From Candidatus Eiseniibacteriota bacterium (lineage in GTDB: Bacteria; Eisenbacteria; RBG-16-71-46; JABDJR01), in NCBI GenBank assembly GCA_963783375.1, contig CAWANH010000029.1, positions 1,408,001-1,472,000 on the forward strand: a stretch of 64,000 bases of DNA. Reading direction: 5' to 3'. Within the stretch, counting starts at the first letter, position 1. Every line of letters begins with the position of its first letter. Both the position numbers and the translations under genes were made by a program. Below, piece by piece: positions 37,541-47,457 of the stretch. The notes under the pieces are model-generated. The model searched no databases. It saw nothing but the letters and a program-made list of their open reading frames with translations, and had not been told where the DNA came from.

Positions 37541-38743
37541 ATGACCATCACCACCCTGCCCGATTTGGCCGCCCTCGCCCGCCGTCTCCACGATCACGGG
37601 GCCTTCGCCCTGGACATGGAGTTCGAACGGGAGCGGAGCTACTGGCCCAAGCTCCAGCTCATCCAGGTGGCGATCCCCGGCGAGGCGGCCGCGGTGGATC
37701 CCCTGACGGTTCCGGATCTCTCGCCGCTCCTCGACCTCATCGCCGATCCCTCGGTGGAGAAGGTCACCCACGCCGGCCGCCAGGACGCCGAGATCTTCTA
37801 CCTGAAGTCCGGGAAGGCGCCGCGAAACCTGTACGACACCCAGATCGCCGCCGCGCTCCTCGGCCTGGGCGAGCAGATCGGCTACGCCGCTCTCGTCCAC
37901 CGGATGCTCGGGGTGAAGCTCGAGAAGAAGGAGCGCATCACCGATTGGGGGCGGCGCCCGCTCAGCCCCGCACAGCTGGAGTACGCCCTCGACGACGTGC
38001 GCTATCTCCTCCCCATCCGCGACAAGCTGAACGAGGATCTGGAGCAACTGGGCCGTCTCGAGTGGCTCCGTCAGGAGCTCACGTTCTACGAGGATCCGGG
38101 GCTCTACGAACCGGACCCCGACCGGCTCTACATGAAGGTCTCGCGATGGCGGAGCCTCAACCGGCGGGGGCTCGGGGTTCTCCGTGAGCTGGTGGCGTGG
38201 CGCGAGTCCGAGGCGGGAACGCGGGACGTGCCGCGCCAGCGGGTGGTGCCGGACGACGTGATGGTGGACCTGTCGCTCCGAAAACCCCAGCGCGTGGCCG
38301 ACCTCCGCCCGCTCCGGCGACTTCACCCGCGGGAGATCGAGCGGAGTGGCGAGGCGATCGTGGCCGCCGTTCGCCGCGGGATGGACCTCGGCGACGCCGA
38401 TCTCCCCAACCCGCCCCTGGTCCCGCGGGAGGATCCGGAGGCGACGCACGCCGTAGACCTCCTGGGAGTGCTTCTGAAACTCCGGGCCCGGGAAGTCCGG
38501 ATCGCCCCGTCGTACCTGGGCACGAGCAAGGACCTGGCTATCCTCGTGAGCTGGCTTTCCGGCCCCCGGACCGGCAAGGCCCCGGCGCTTCTCCACGGCT
38601 GGCGCCGGGACGCGGTGGGCGAGGATCTGGCCGCGCTCTACGACGGGAAGATGATTCTCCGGATGGACCCCGAGAGCCGCGCGGTGGTGATCGAACCCAC
38701 CCGGGACGCGACCGGAGATCAGGGACCGGCGCAATCGAGCTGA
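37541..38743 (+). CDS. rnd: Ribonuclease D
   Basis: ALDMEFERERSYWPKLQLIQ, DTQIAA, TDWGRRPLSPAQLEYALDDV, HRDC domain, GWRR. Confidence 0.93.
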   Translation: MTITTLPDLAALARRLHDHGAFALDMEFERERSYWPKLQLIQVAIPGEAAAVDPLTVPDLSPLLDLIADPSVEKVTHAGRQDAEIFYLKSGKAPRNLYDTQIAAALLGLGEQIGYAALVHRMLGVKLEKKERITDWGRRPLSPAQLEYALDDVRYLLPIRDKLNEDLEQLGRLEWLRQELTFYEDPGLYEPDPDRLYMKVSRWRSLNRRGLGVLRELVAWRESEAGTRDVPRQRVVPDDVMVDLSLRKPQRVADLRPLRRLHPREIERSGEAIVAAVRRGMDLGDADLPNPPLVPREDPEATHAVDLLGVLLKLRAREVRIAPSYLGTSKDLAILVSWLSGPRTGKAPALLHGWRRDAVGEDLAALYDGKMILRMDPESRAVVIEPTRDATGDQGPAQSS

Positions 38744-38744
38744 T

Positions 38745-39752
38745 TCAGGGCCTGACGAGTTCCAGGCTCTCGAACGCCGCGGCCAGCGTCTCGATTTCCC
38801 CGGGGCCGAGTTCCAGCCGGGCGGCCGCCGCGTTTTCGTCGACCTGGGCCACGTCCCGCGCTCCCACGATGGCCGCGGTCACCCCCGGCCGGTGGAAGGT
38901 CCAGGCGGCGGCGACCTGGGCCGCCGTCGCCTCGTGTCGCTCCGCGATCGGCGCCACCGTATCCCGGATGACCGCGTTCACCCGGCGCCGGTTCTCGGGA
39001 CTCAGGGTCCAGCGCTTCGCCCGCTCGTCCCCCTTCGGGAAGGTACGATCCGCGGTCATCTTCCCGGTGAGCAGGCCCTGGTCGAGGGGCGAGTACACGA
39101 TGATCCCGATGTCGTGCTCCCGGGCGTAGGGGAGCACCTCCCGCTCGATGGCCCGGTCACGAAGGTTGTAGCGAGGCTGATCGCTGGCCAGAGGAAGGTC
39201 GCCGAGGGCGAAGCGAACCTCCTCCATCTGCTCCGGGCTGAAGTTGGAGACCCCCACCGCCCGGATCTTTCCCTCCCGGTGGAGCTTCACCATCTCCCCC
39301 ATGGTCTCGGCGATCGGGGTGGTCGGGTCGGGCCAGTGGCACTGGTACAGGTCGATGACGTCGGTGCGGAGACGCTTCAGGCTCCGCTCGCACTCCAGGC
39401 GCACGGAATCCGGACGGAGGTTCCGGTAGAGCGCGTGTTTGTCCCCGTTCGGCATCACCATGTTGAAGTCGAATTCACCCCGATCGTCGTCCCAGCGGAG
39501 ACCGCACTTGGTCATGATGATCGCGCGCTCGCGGCGGTCGGCCAAGGCCGCCCCCACCACCTCCTCGGAGTGCCCCATGCCGTAGGCGGGAGCGGTGTCG
39601 ATGGCGGTCATTCCCACGTCCAGAGCCCGGTGAATCGCCGCCAGCGACTTTTCATCATCGGCCCCGCCCCAGTACCACCCCCCCATGGCCCAGGCCCCTA
39701 GAACGACCACCGGGGTCTCGATACCGCTCGCGCCGAGTTTTCGGGTTCTCAT
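38745..39752 (-). CDS. Aldo/keto reductase
   Basis: IDTAPAYGMGHSE, SLKRLRTDVIDLYQCHWPD, GVSNF, YSPLDQGLLTGK. Confidence 0.93.
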   Translation of the reverse strand: MRTRKLGASGIETPVVVLGAWAMGGWYWGGADDEKSLAAIHRALDVGMTAIDTAPAYGMGHSEEVVGAALADRRERAIIMTKCGLRWDDDRGEFDFNMVMPNGDKHALYRNLRPDSVRLECERSLKRLRTDVIDLYQCHWPDPTTPIAETMGEMVKLHREGKIRAVGVSNFSPEQMEEVRFALGDLPLASDQPRYNLRDRAIEREVLPYAREHDIGIIVYSPLDQGLLTGKMTADRTFPKGDERAKRWTLSPENRRRVNAVIRDTVAPIAERHEATAAQVAAAWTFHRPGVTAAIVGARDVAQVDENAAAARLELGPGEIETLAAAFESLELVRP

Positions 39753-39988
39753 GGTGCGCTCCTTCCGACGGTGTCGGGGTAGGCCGGTACGCGAACAATG
39801 CACGACAAGGGGCCGGGCGGGACCATTCGAACGGCTCCGCCCGTTTCCATGTTGCCCGATGCCCGCGTCCGGCGCAAGCGCCTCGCTGCCTCTCGCGCCC
39901 CGTCGCCGTCCCGCGCGTGGACCGCCGACGGCATTTCGGTATACTCAACTCCTGACGCTCACGCTCCATCAAGGACGGCAATCACGAC

Positions 39989-40963
39989 ATGACGAAATCG
40001 CTCCAGACCCTGTTGCGGGAAATCGTGGACTACGCTGGGCTCTTCCCTCCCGCCGGCCTCGCCTTGGAGCCGGCGGCGAAGAACTACGCAGGCTACCGGA
40101 CCGACGCGCGGAGCTGGATGCTGGGCCGGTTCATCTGTCCCGCGGCGCGTCTGGAGGAATTGGGGCCGCTGATCGGGCCGCGCACCCGGGAGGATCCCGC
40201 CCCCTGGAGGCTTTCCGTCCTCGGATCGCCTCCGGAGGACGCCGGGGACTTCCTGCCGAGCCTCCGGAAAGACCTGGCGCATGTCGCGGCGTTCACCCAT
40301 CGGTCTCCGGGGTATGCCATCCCCGAGGTCTTCGAGGTGCGCCTCCCCCCCTCGGTGGTGAGCGAGGGCCGGCCGGAGACCGTGCGCCGGGTGCTGGAGG
40401 GCGCGGCGGAAGCCTTGTCCGCGGCCCCGGTGCCTCCCCGCGCCGTCTATTACGAGGCGGGGTTCCCCGCCGCCTGGGAACGGGCCCTCGACGTGGTGGC
40501 CGGGGAGATCGGAGCGCTGAACCGGGGAGGCGCGCCGATCGCCGCCGGCCTCAAGATCCGTACGGGGGGGGTCGTCGCCTCGGCCTTTCCCCCCCCGGAG
40601 CAGGTGGCCCGGTTCCTCGTCGCCGCCCGCGAGGCCGGCGTACGCGTGAAGGCCACCGCCGGGCTCCACCATCCCCTCCGGCGTTTCTCCCCCGACGTGG
40701 ACGCCGTCATGCACGGCTTCCTGAACGTGTTCGTGGGGGCGGTCCTGGCCCGGACCGCCGGCCTGGACGCGACCGCCCTCGAGGCGATCCTGGCCGACGA
40801 GGACCCGGTCTCGTTCCGATTCGACGAGGAAGGCCTGGGTTGGCGGGAACACGGCGCCTCACTCGCCCGGATCGCCGCGGCGCGACGGGAGTTCGCGGTG
40901 TCCTTCGGGAGCTGCAGCTTCACCGAGCCGGTAGAGGATCTGGAGGATTTGGGGCTTCTCTGA
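39989..40963 (+). CDS. Conserved hypothetical protein upstream of fahA
   Basis: VDYAGLFPPA, KIRTGG, KATAGLHHP, MHGFLN, SFGSCSFTEP. Confidence 0.75.
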   Translation: MTKSLQTLLREIVDYAGLFPPAGLALEPAAKNYAGYRTDARSWMLGRFICPAARLEELGPLIGPRTREDPAPWRLSVLGSPPEDAGDFLPSLRKDLAHVAAFTHRSPGYAIPEVFEVRLPPSVVSEGRPETVRRVLEGAAEALSAAPVPPRAVYYEAGFPAAWERALDVVAGEIGALNRGGAPIAAGLKIRTGGVVASAFPPPEQVARFLVAAREAGVRVKATAGLHHPLRRFSPDVDAVMHGFLNVFVGAVLARTAGLDATALEAILADEDPVSFRFDEEGLGWREHGASLARIAAARREFAVSFGSCSFTEPVEDLEDLGLL

Positions 40964-41093
40964 CCCCGGTCGCCCCGCCGGGCGAGCAGGAGATGCTCCC
41001 GGAGCGACAAACCGCCGCCGTCCCGACCGCGGGATGGGAATCACGGACGACACCACCGACACCAGCCGCGGCCCCGATCGCGGAGAAGGAATC

Positions 41094-42371
41094 ATGGACG
41101 ATACCCTCGACACGAACCGCCGCTCCTGGGTCCCGGTCCCCGAAGGCTCGGACTTCCCCATCCAGAACCTCCCCTACGGGGTGTTCCGCCCCCGCAGCGG
41201 GGATCCGCGGGTGGGGGTGGCCATCGGAGAGCACGTGCTGGACCTCGCCATGCTCCAGGAAACCGGGCACCTGGCCGGAACGGACGTCCCGGACGGGGTC
41301 TTCGCCCGGGACGCTCTGAACGACTTCATGACCCTGGGGAGACCGGCCTGGACCGCCGTGCGCCGGCGGATCACCGGACTCCTGGACGCCAGGAGCGGCG
41401 AGCTTCGGGACGACGCCTCGCTCCGGGAGCGGGCGCTCCATTCCCTTGCCGAAGTCGACATGCTCCTCCCCGCCCGGATCGGGGACTACACCGACTTCTA
41501 TAGCTCCATCGAGCACGCCACCAACATGGGCCGGATGTTCCGCGATCCGGAGAAGGCCCTCCTTCCCAACTGGCGCCACATCCCGGTGGGCTACAACGGA
41601 CGGGCCGGGTCGGTGGTGGTGTCGGGCACCGGGGTCCGCCGCCCCCGGGGGCAGACCATGCCCGAAGGAGCCGAGAGCCCGGTCTTCGGCCCGTCCAAGG
41701 TGCTGGATTTCGAGCTGGAGATGGGATTCTTCACCGGGCCGGGGACTCCGCTGGGGGAACCCGTCCCCATCGAGCGGGCCCGCGAGCAGATCTTCGGCAT
41801 GGTGCTGGTCAACGACTGGAGCGCCCGGGACATCCAGCGGTGGGAATACGTGCCCCTGGGGCCGTTCCTCTCCAAGTCCTTCGGGACCAGCGTCTCTCCC
41901 TGGGTGGTGACCCTGGACGCGCTCGAACCCTTCCGAGGGCCGGGGCCGAAGCAGGAGCCCGCGGTCCTCCCCTATCTCCGGCCGGCGGAGGACGGGGCGT
42001 ACGACATCCGCCTCGAGACCTGGCTCGTGCCCGCGGGAGGGAGCGAGGCGGTCCGCCTCACCGCCACCGGCTTCCGCGGCATGTACTGGAGCATCTTCCA
42101 GCAGCTCGCCCACCAGACCGTGAACGGCACCAACATCCGACCGGGGGACCTCTACGCCTCGGGGACGGTCTCCGGCTCCGACCCCGGTTCCTACGGGAGC
42201 CTGCTCGAGCTGACCTGGCGGGGAACGAGACCCATTTCCCTCCCCGGCGGCAAGGAGCGGAAGTTCCTCGCCGACGGCGACACGGTGGTGATGAAGGGGT
42301 GGTGCGAACGGGAGGGGGTTCGGATCGGGTTCGGCGAGGTGCGCGGCGAGATCCTTCCGGCGCGCGGCTGA
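41094..42371 (+). CDS. fahA: Fumarylacetoacetase
   Basis: FPIQNLPYG, GDYTDFYSS, LDFELEM, NDWSARDIQRWEYVPLGPF, GSLLELTW. Confidence 0.95.
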   Translation: MDDTLDTNRRSWVPVPEGSDFPIQNLPYGVFRPRSGDPRVGVAIGEHVLDLAMLQETGHLAGTDVPDGVFARDALNDFMTLGRPAWTAVRRRITGLLDARSGELRDDASLRERALHSLAEVDMLLPARIGDYTDFYSSIEHATNMGRMFRDPEKALLPNWRHIPVGYNGRAGSVVVSGTGVRRPRGQTMPEGAESPVFGPSKVLDFELEMGFFTGPGTPLGEPVPIERAREQIFGMVLVNDWSARDIQRWEYVPLGPFLSKSFGTSVSPWVVTLDALEPFRGPGPKQEPAVLPYLRPAEDGAYDIRLETWLVPAGGSEAVRLTATGFRGMYWSIFQQLAHQTVNGTNIRPGDLYASGTVSGSDPGSYGSLLELTWRGTRPISLPGGKERKFLADGDTVVMKGWCEREGVRIGFGEVRGEILPARG

Positions 42372-42552
42372 CCGGCCTCAGCGCCCCTGCGGCGGGGGGG
42401 GAATGAATGGCGGTGGACGCGCCGCGGGATGGAGCCGCCCTTCCAAATCCGGAACGGCGGCCCGGGTTGGAGGAGGTGGGGGAACACCCCCCCGCAACCC
42501 CGATCGGCGCGAGCCTGGACGCATCCACCGCACGTGGATCATGCTACACTTG

Positions 42553-42582
42553 GCATTGAAATTCGTCCACTTATTTCAATGC
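42553..42582. promoter_or_regulatory. Palindromic operator upstream of HTH regulator
   Basis: GCATTGAAAT-N10-ATTTCAATGC, a perfect 10-bp inverted repeat. Confidence 0.65.
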
Positions 42583-42639
42583 GGTCCGAGCCCATTCGCG
42601 GCGGCGCGGCCCGGCATTTCGCGGAGCAGAGGAACCCGG

Positions 42640-43239
42640 ATGGCCCGGAAACGCGGTCCCCATATCGAGATCGTGCAGCGTCTGGATCAGATCCAGACCC
42701 TTGCCTCGGGGGTACGCCAGGAGATCATGGACGCGCTCCAGGCCTCCGGCCCCCTCACCGTGCGCCAGCTCGCCCGCCTGCTCGACCGTCCGGCCGATTC
42801 CCTCTATTACCACCTCAGGAGGCTCATCGCCGTGGACCTCGTGAGGGAGGAAAAGTCACGAGGCTCGAAGGACGGGGGCGAGGCTCGCTTCGAACTCCCC
42901 TTCAGTCTCTGGCAATTACGCTATGATGTAAGAGATCCGGAATCAATGAGCGCGATGGCCCGGGTCGTCTCGACCCTCCTCCGGGTCACGGATCGCGATT
43001 ACCGCCGCGCCCTGGCCTTCGAGGAGATCGTGCCCCACGGTCCCAATCGGAACGTGTGGGGGGGCCGGAGCATCGGCTGGGTGACCGAGGACGACCTGGT
43101 GGCCATCAACGGCAAGATCATGGAGATCCTGGAGATCCTCAAGCAGAACAGGCAACCCAAGGACGGCCGGCTGATCGGCTTCACCCACGCCATCACGCTT
43201 CTCCACCCCGGCCCGGACGGCGGCCGCGAAACCGACTAG
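42640..43239 (+). CDS. ArsR-like winged-HTH transcriptional regulator
   Basis: LASGVRQEIMDAL...TVRQLARLLDRPADSLYYHLRRLIAVDLV. Confidence 0.82.
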   Translation: MARKRGPHIEIVQRLDQIQTLASGVRQEIMDALQASGPLTVRQLARLLDRPADSLYYHLRRLIAVDLVREEKSRGSKDGGEARFELPFSLWQLRYDVRDPESMSAMARVVSTLLRVTDRDYRRALAFEEIVPHGPNRNVWGGRSIGWVTEDDLVAINGKIMEILEILKQNRQPKDGRLIGFTHAITLLHPGPDGGRETD

Positions 43240-43283
43240 CCTCAGCCGCGCTCTGGACCCAAGCGGTCGCCCGGACCCGCCTC

Positions 43284-44420
43284 CTACTTCATCACCGACA
43301 GCAGGAAGCCCGCCACCACCGCGGTTCCGATCACCCCGGCCACATTGGGTCCCATGGCGTGCATGAGCAGGTGGTTCTGGGGATCCTCCTCGAGGCCCAC
43401 CTTCTGAACCACCCGCGAAGACATGGGGACCGCGGAAACTCCCGCCGCGCCGATGAGGGGATTGATGCGGCCTCGGGAGAGCAGGCAGAAGAGACGGCCG
43501 AGGAGTACGCCCCCCGCGGTCGCCACCGCGAAGGCGACCGCCCCCATGACCAGGATCTCGATCGAGCTCCAGCGAAGGAAGCTGTCCGCGGTCATGGTCA
43601 CCCCCACCGAGGAGCCGAGAAGGATGGTGACGATGTTGATGAGCTCGTTCTGGGCGGTCGCGGCCAGGCGGGAGGTCACCCCACTTTCCCGGAGCAGGTT
43701 CCCGAACATGAGCATGCCGAGGAGGGGAGCCGCGGGAGGCACGATGAGGGTGCCCACCACCAGAACCGCGATCGGGAAGATGATCTTCTCCCGGCGGGAG
43801 ACGATGCGCATGGTCCCCATGTTGATCCGCCGTTCGCGACGGGGAACCAGGAGCCGCATGATCGGGGGCTGGATCACCGGCACCAGCGCCATGTAGGAAT
43901 AGCTGGCCACCGCGATGGGGCCCAGGAGCTGGGGCGCGAGCTTGGTGGCCAGGAAGATCGAGGTCGGGCCGTCGGCCCCGCCGATGATTCCGATCGACGC
44001 CGCCTCGCCCGGGGTGAACCCGAGGGCCATGGCGCCGAGAAGTGCGGTGAAAACCCCGATCTGGGCGGCGGCTCCCAGGAGGAAGGTGGTGGGCCGGGCC
44101 AGCAGAGGGCCGAAGTCGGTCATCGCACCCACCCCGAGGAAGATCAGCGGCGGGAAGATCTCGAGGTGAATGCCCTGTCCGAGGTAGTGATAGAGGCCGC
44201 CGATGGAGTCGGAGGTCGGCGGGGCCAGGATGCCGCCCAGGGGGAGGTTGGTCAGGATGGCCCCGAAACCGATGGGGACCAGGAGCAGGGGTTCGAAGTC
44301 CTTGGCCACCGCCAGGTAGATCAGGAGAGCCCCCACCGCGATCATCAGCACCGCTCCCGGGGTGAGCCCCTGGAAGCCGGTTTCCAACGCGAATCGGGAG
44401 AGTATCTGGAATAGGTCCAC
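43284..44420 (-). CDS. Na+-translocating decarboxylase beta subunit (OadB/MmdB)
   Basis: FEPLLLVPIGFG, IGIIGGADGPT, AVASYSYMALVP, HAMGPNVAGVIG. Confidence 0.95.
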   Translation of the reverse strand: MDLFQILSRFALETGFQGLTPGAVLMIAVGALLIYLAVAKDFEPLLLVPIGFGAILTNLPLGGILAPPTSDSIGGLYHYLGQGIHLEIFPPLIFLGVGAMTDFGPLLARPTTFLLGAAAQIGVFTALLGAMALGFTPGEAASIGIIGGADGPTSIFLATKLAPQLLGPIAVASYSYMALVPVIQPPIMRLLVPRRERRINMGTMRIVSRREKIIFPIAVLVVGTLIVPPAAPLLGMLMFGNLLRESGVTSRLAATAQNELINIVTILLGSSVGVTMTADSFLRWSSIEILVMGAVAFAVATAGGVLLGRLFCLLSRGRINPLIGAAGVSAVPMSSRVVQKVGLEEDPQNHLLMHAMGPNVAGVIGTAVVAGFLLSVMK

Positions 44421-44443
44421 CGCCCCGCTCTTCCCTCCGATGG

Positions 44444-44839
44444 CTAATCGAAAGTGACCAGCACCTGACCCTGCTGGACCGTGGCTCCCACCTCGATCCG
44501 CACCGAACGGACTCTCCCTCCGGAGGGGGAGGCGATGTCGCTGTTCATCTTCATCGCCTCCAGCACCAGAAGGACGTCGTTGGCCTTCACCGTGTCCCCG
44601 GGTTTGACGTTCACTTTCTTGACCGTCCCCGCCATCGGACTCACCACCGTCTTCCGATCCACCCGCTCCCCCGGTCCGGGGGCCGGGGGGGGAGTCCGGG
44701 GGAGGACGCTCTGGGCGGAGCTGACCAGTTCCCGCCGTTCCAGGCGATTGGCCGGAGACGGGTTGGCCTCGTCATCCTCCAGAAGCTCCACCTCCACCTC
44801 GTAGCCCACTCCATTCACCGTCACCCTGAACCGCTTCAT
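44444..44839 (-). CDS. Biotin carboxyl carrier subunit (MmdC-like)
   Basis: FRVTVNG.GYEVEV, Pro-rich linker, EAMKM. Confidence 0.92.
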   Translation of the reverse strand: MKRFRVTVNGVGYEVEVELLEDDEANPSPANRLERRELVSSAQSVLPRTPPPAPGPGERVDRKTVVSPMAGTVKKVNVKPGDTVKANDVLLVLEAMKMNSDIASPSGGRVRSVRIEVGATVQQGQVLVTFD

Positions 44840-45177
44840 GGTTCCCTCCGCACCACCGCGTGTGACGCCATGACCTGGAGCCTCCCCATTCGGCTCCAGG
44901 ATCCCTCCCGGCCCCGCAGGTACCGCACGGTGCGGACCCGGGCCGGGGAGCCCGCGGCGACTTCCACCGCCGCGGCGATCACCGCCACGGTCTCCGGGGA
45001 GATTCCGTCGGGCTCGTCCCCCGCGCGGCGGTCGGCCTCGGCCTGGAATCGTCGCTGGGTGAGGGTCCGCCGCCATCGCTCGGCCCGCCCGATGGCCCCC
45101 ATGACCAGGGCGAGGAGGCTCAGGGAGGCGAAGGTCACCACCAACCCGAGCAGCGCGATGAGAAGTCCCTGTCTCAA
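44836..45177 (-). CDS. OadG/MmdD-family subunit
   Basis: N-terminal TM helix, ETVAVIAAAV, W.RMGR. Confidence 0.85.
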   Translation of the reverse strand: MRQGLLIALLGLVVTFASLSLLALVMGAIGRAERWRRTLTQRRFQAEADRRAGDEPDGISPETVAVIAAAVEVAAGSPARVRTVRYLRGREGSWSRMGRLQVMASHAVVRREP

Positions 45178-45194
45178 TCATTCCCCCTCAGGGT

Positions 45195-46745
45195 TCAGAG
45201 CGGCATGGTCCCGTGCTTCTTCGGCGGCCGGAGTTCCCGCTTGTTGCGGAGCGTCTCCAGAGCGAAGGACACGTACTCCCGAGTATCCCGTGGCTCGATC
45301 ACGTTGTCTATGTGCATCCGGGCCGCGGCAAGGTAGGGCGACGCAAAGCGCTCCCGGTATTCCTCGATCCGGTCCGCCTTCAGAGCGGCGGGGTCCGCGG
45401 AGGCCGCGATCTCCCGTCCGTAGATGATCTGCACCGCGCCTTCGGCTCCCATCACCCCGATCTCCGCGGTCGGCCAGGCGAAGACGCGGTCCGCCCCCAT
45501 GCTCTTCGCGCACATGGCCAGGAACGACCCGCCGTAGGCCTTCCGGGTCACCAGGGTGATCTTGGGGACGGTGGCCGCGGCATAGGCGAAGAGCATCTTG
45601 GCCCCGTGCCGGATGATGCCGCCGTACTCCTGCTTCACGCCGGGCATGAAACCGGGCACGTCCACGAAATTCAGAAGCGGAATGTTGAAGGCGTTGCAGA
45701 AGCGGATGAACCGGGCCGCCTTGACGCTGGCGTTGATGTCGAGGGCCCCGCTCATGATCATGGGTTGGTTGGCCACCACCCCCACCGTCCTTCCCTGAAT
45801 CCGGGCGAAACCCACCACGATGTTGGGGGCGAAGTGTTCGTGCACTTCCAGGAAGTCCCCGTCATCCACCACGCGTAGAATGATCGAGCGCACGTCGTAG
45901 GGCTGGCGCGGGTCATCGGGGATGAGGGAGTCCAGGGCGGGATCGCTCTCGTACACCAGCGTCCCTTCCGGCGGACCGGGGGGATCGAGGGTGTTGTTTC
46001 CGGGAAGGAAGGAGAGGAGCCGGCGCACCAGCCGGACCGCGTCCTCCTCGTCCTCGGCCAGGAAGTGGGCCACCCCGCTGAGCGAGGTCTGCACTTCGGC
46101 CCCTCCCAGGTCCTCGGCGGTCACCTCCTCGCCCGTCACCTCCTTGATCACATCGGGGCCGGTGATGAAGAGTCGGGAGATCCCCTTGACCATGATGATG
46201 AAGTCGGTGATGGCCGGAGAGTATGCCGCTCCCCCGGCGCAGGGTCCCACGATCACCGAGATCTGGGGGACCACGCCCGAGAGCAGGGTATTCCGGTAGA
46301 AGATCCCCCCGTAGCCGGCGAGGGCATCCACCCCCTCCTGGATCCGCGCCCCTCCCGAATCGTTGAACAGCACCACCGGCGCCCCACAGAGAAGCGCCTG
46401 GTCCAGGACACGGCAGATCTTCTCGGCGTGGATCTCGCCGGCGGTGCCGCCGGCCACGGTGAAGTCCTGGCTGGATACGAAGATCAGCTGGCCGTCCACC
46501 GCACCCGCGCCGCCGACCACCCCGTCGGCGGGCATTTCCCTGCCGGCCATGCCGAGATCGACCGCCCGATGGCGGGCGAAGGCGTAGAGTTCCTGGAAGG
46601 TGTCGCGATCGAGGAGAGCCCGGATCCGCTCCCGGGCGGTCCATTTCCCCGCCTGACGTTGCTTGGCCACGCGGTCGGGGCCGCCCATGGCCTCGACCCG
46701 GGCACGCTCATGACCGAGTCTTTCGATCTTCTCCCGTGTCTTCAT
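45195..46745 (-). CDS. Acyl-CoA carboxyltransferase (methylmalonyl-CoA decarboxylase alpha, MmdA-like)
   Basis: TARERI, QDFTV.GG, DSGGARIQEG, DVPGF.PG..QEYGGIIRHGAK, PPKKHG..PL. Confidence 0.92.
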   Translation of the reverse strand: MKTREKIERLGHERARVEAMGGPDRVAKQRQAGKWTARERIRALLDRDTFQELYAFARHRAVDLGMAGREMPADGVVGGAGAVDGQLIFVSSQDFTVAGGTAGEIHAEKICRVLDQALLCGAPVVLFNDSGGARIQEGVDALAGYGGIFYRNTLLSGVVPQISVIVGPCAGGAAYSPAITDFIIMVKGISRLFITGPDVIKEVTGEEVTAEDLGGAEVQTSLSGVAHFLAEDEEDAVRLVRRLLSFLPGNNTLDPPGPPEGTLVYESDPALDSLIPDDPRQPYDVRSIILRVVDDGDFLEVHEHFAPNIVVGFARIQGRTVGVVANQPMIMSGALDINASVKAARFIRFCNAFNIPLLNFVDVPGFMPGVKQEYGGIIRHGAKMLFAYAAATVPKITLVTRKAYGGSFLAMCAKSMGADRVFAWPTAEIGVMGAEGAVQIIYGREIAASADPAALKADRIEEYRERFASPYLAAARMHIDNVIEPRDTREYVSFALETLRNKRELRPPKKHGTMPL

Positions 46746-46908
46746 CCGTCGCCCTCCTCGGGGCCGGGATAAATCCGCGCCCCAGTTCCAGCCCACCATC
46801 TTAGGCCGGGGATGGTAGCGGGGGGAACACCCAGGAATCCTGACCATTTTTGTATTCTATGATTTCCGGTGAGGCCGCGGGATTCTTATTGCGATTGATT
46901 TCGTCCGC

Positions 46909-46937
46909 TTGTTGTCGACCCATCGCTTCGGTATAGT
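46909..46937 (+). promoter_or_regulatory. Candidate sigma70 promoter of the Rieske/cytochrome b operon
   Basis: TTGTTG-N17-TATAGT in an AT-rich divergent intergenic region. Confidence 0.5.
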
Positions 46938-46977
46938 GCCGGTTGCGAGTTTGCGAACTCTTTCTCTCCGGAGAACC

Positions 46978-47454
46978 ATGGAAGATCGATCCGTCTCGCT
47001 CCCCCCATCGGGTCGCCGCCGTTTCCTGGGATGGCTCCTGGGCACGTCCGGCGCGGCGTTGCTCTTCTCCGCGCTCTATCCCGTCCTCCGGTTCATCAGT
47101 CCTCCCCGCGTTCCCGAAGCGAGCACCAACCAGGTGGAGGCGGGTCCGGTCAACGACCCCGAGCTCATCCAGAAGGGGTACAAGATCATCCACTTCGGGA
47201 ACGACCCGGTCATCCTCATACGCGCCGCCGAGAATCACTTCGTGGCCCTCTCGGCCACCTGCACGCACCTGGATTGCATCGTGGAGTTTCAGAAGAACCG
47301 GGACCGGATCTACTGCAATTGCCACGGCGGGGTCTACGATCTCTCGGGACGCAACGTGGCCGGCCCTCCCCCCCGACCTCTCACTCCGTTCAAGGTCGAT
47401 GTCGTGGCCGCCCAGAGCGGCCAGCCCGCGACCATCATCGTTTCCCGGGCATAA
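46978..47454 (+). CDS. Rieske 2Fe-2S subunit
   Basis: Tat-like RRRFL plus TM helix; CTHLDC and CNCHGG. Confidence 0.95.
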   Translation: MEDRSVSLPPSGRRRFLGWLLGTSGAALLFSALYPVLRFISPPRVPEASTNQVEAGPVNDPELIQKGYKIIHFGNDPVILIRAAENHFVALSATCTHLDCIVEFQKNRDRIYCNCHGGVYDLSGRNVAGPPPRPLTPFKVDVVAAQSGQPATIIVSRA

Positions 47455-47457
47455 AAC

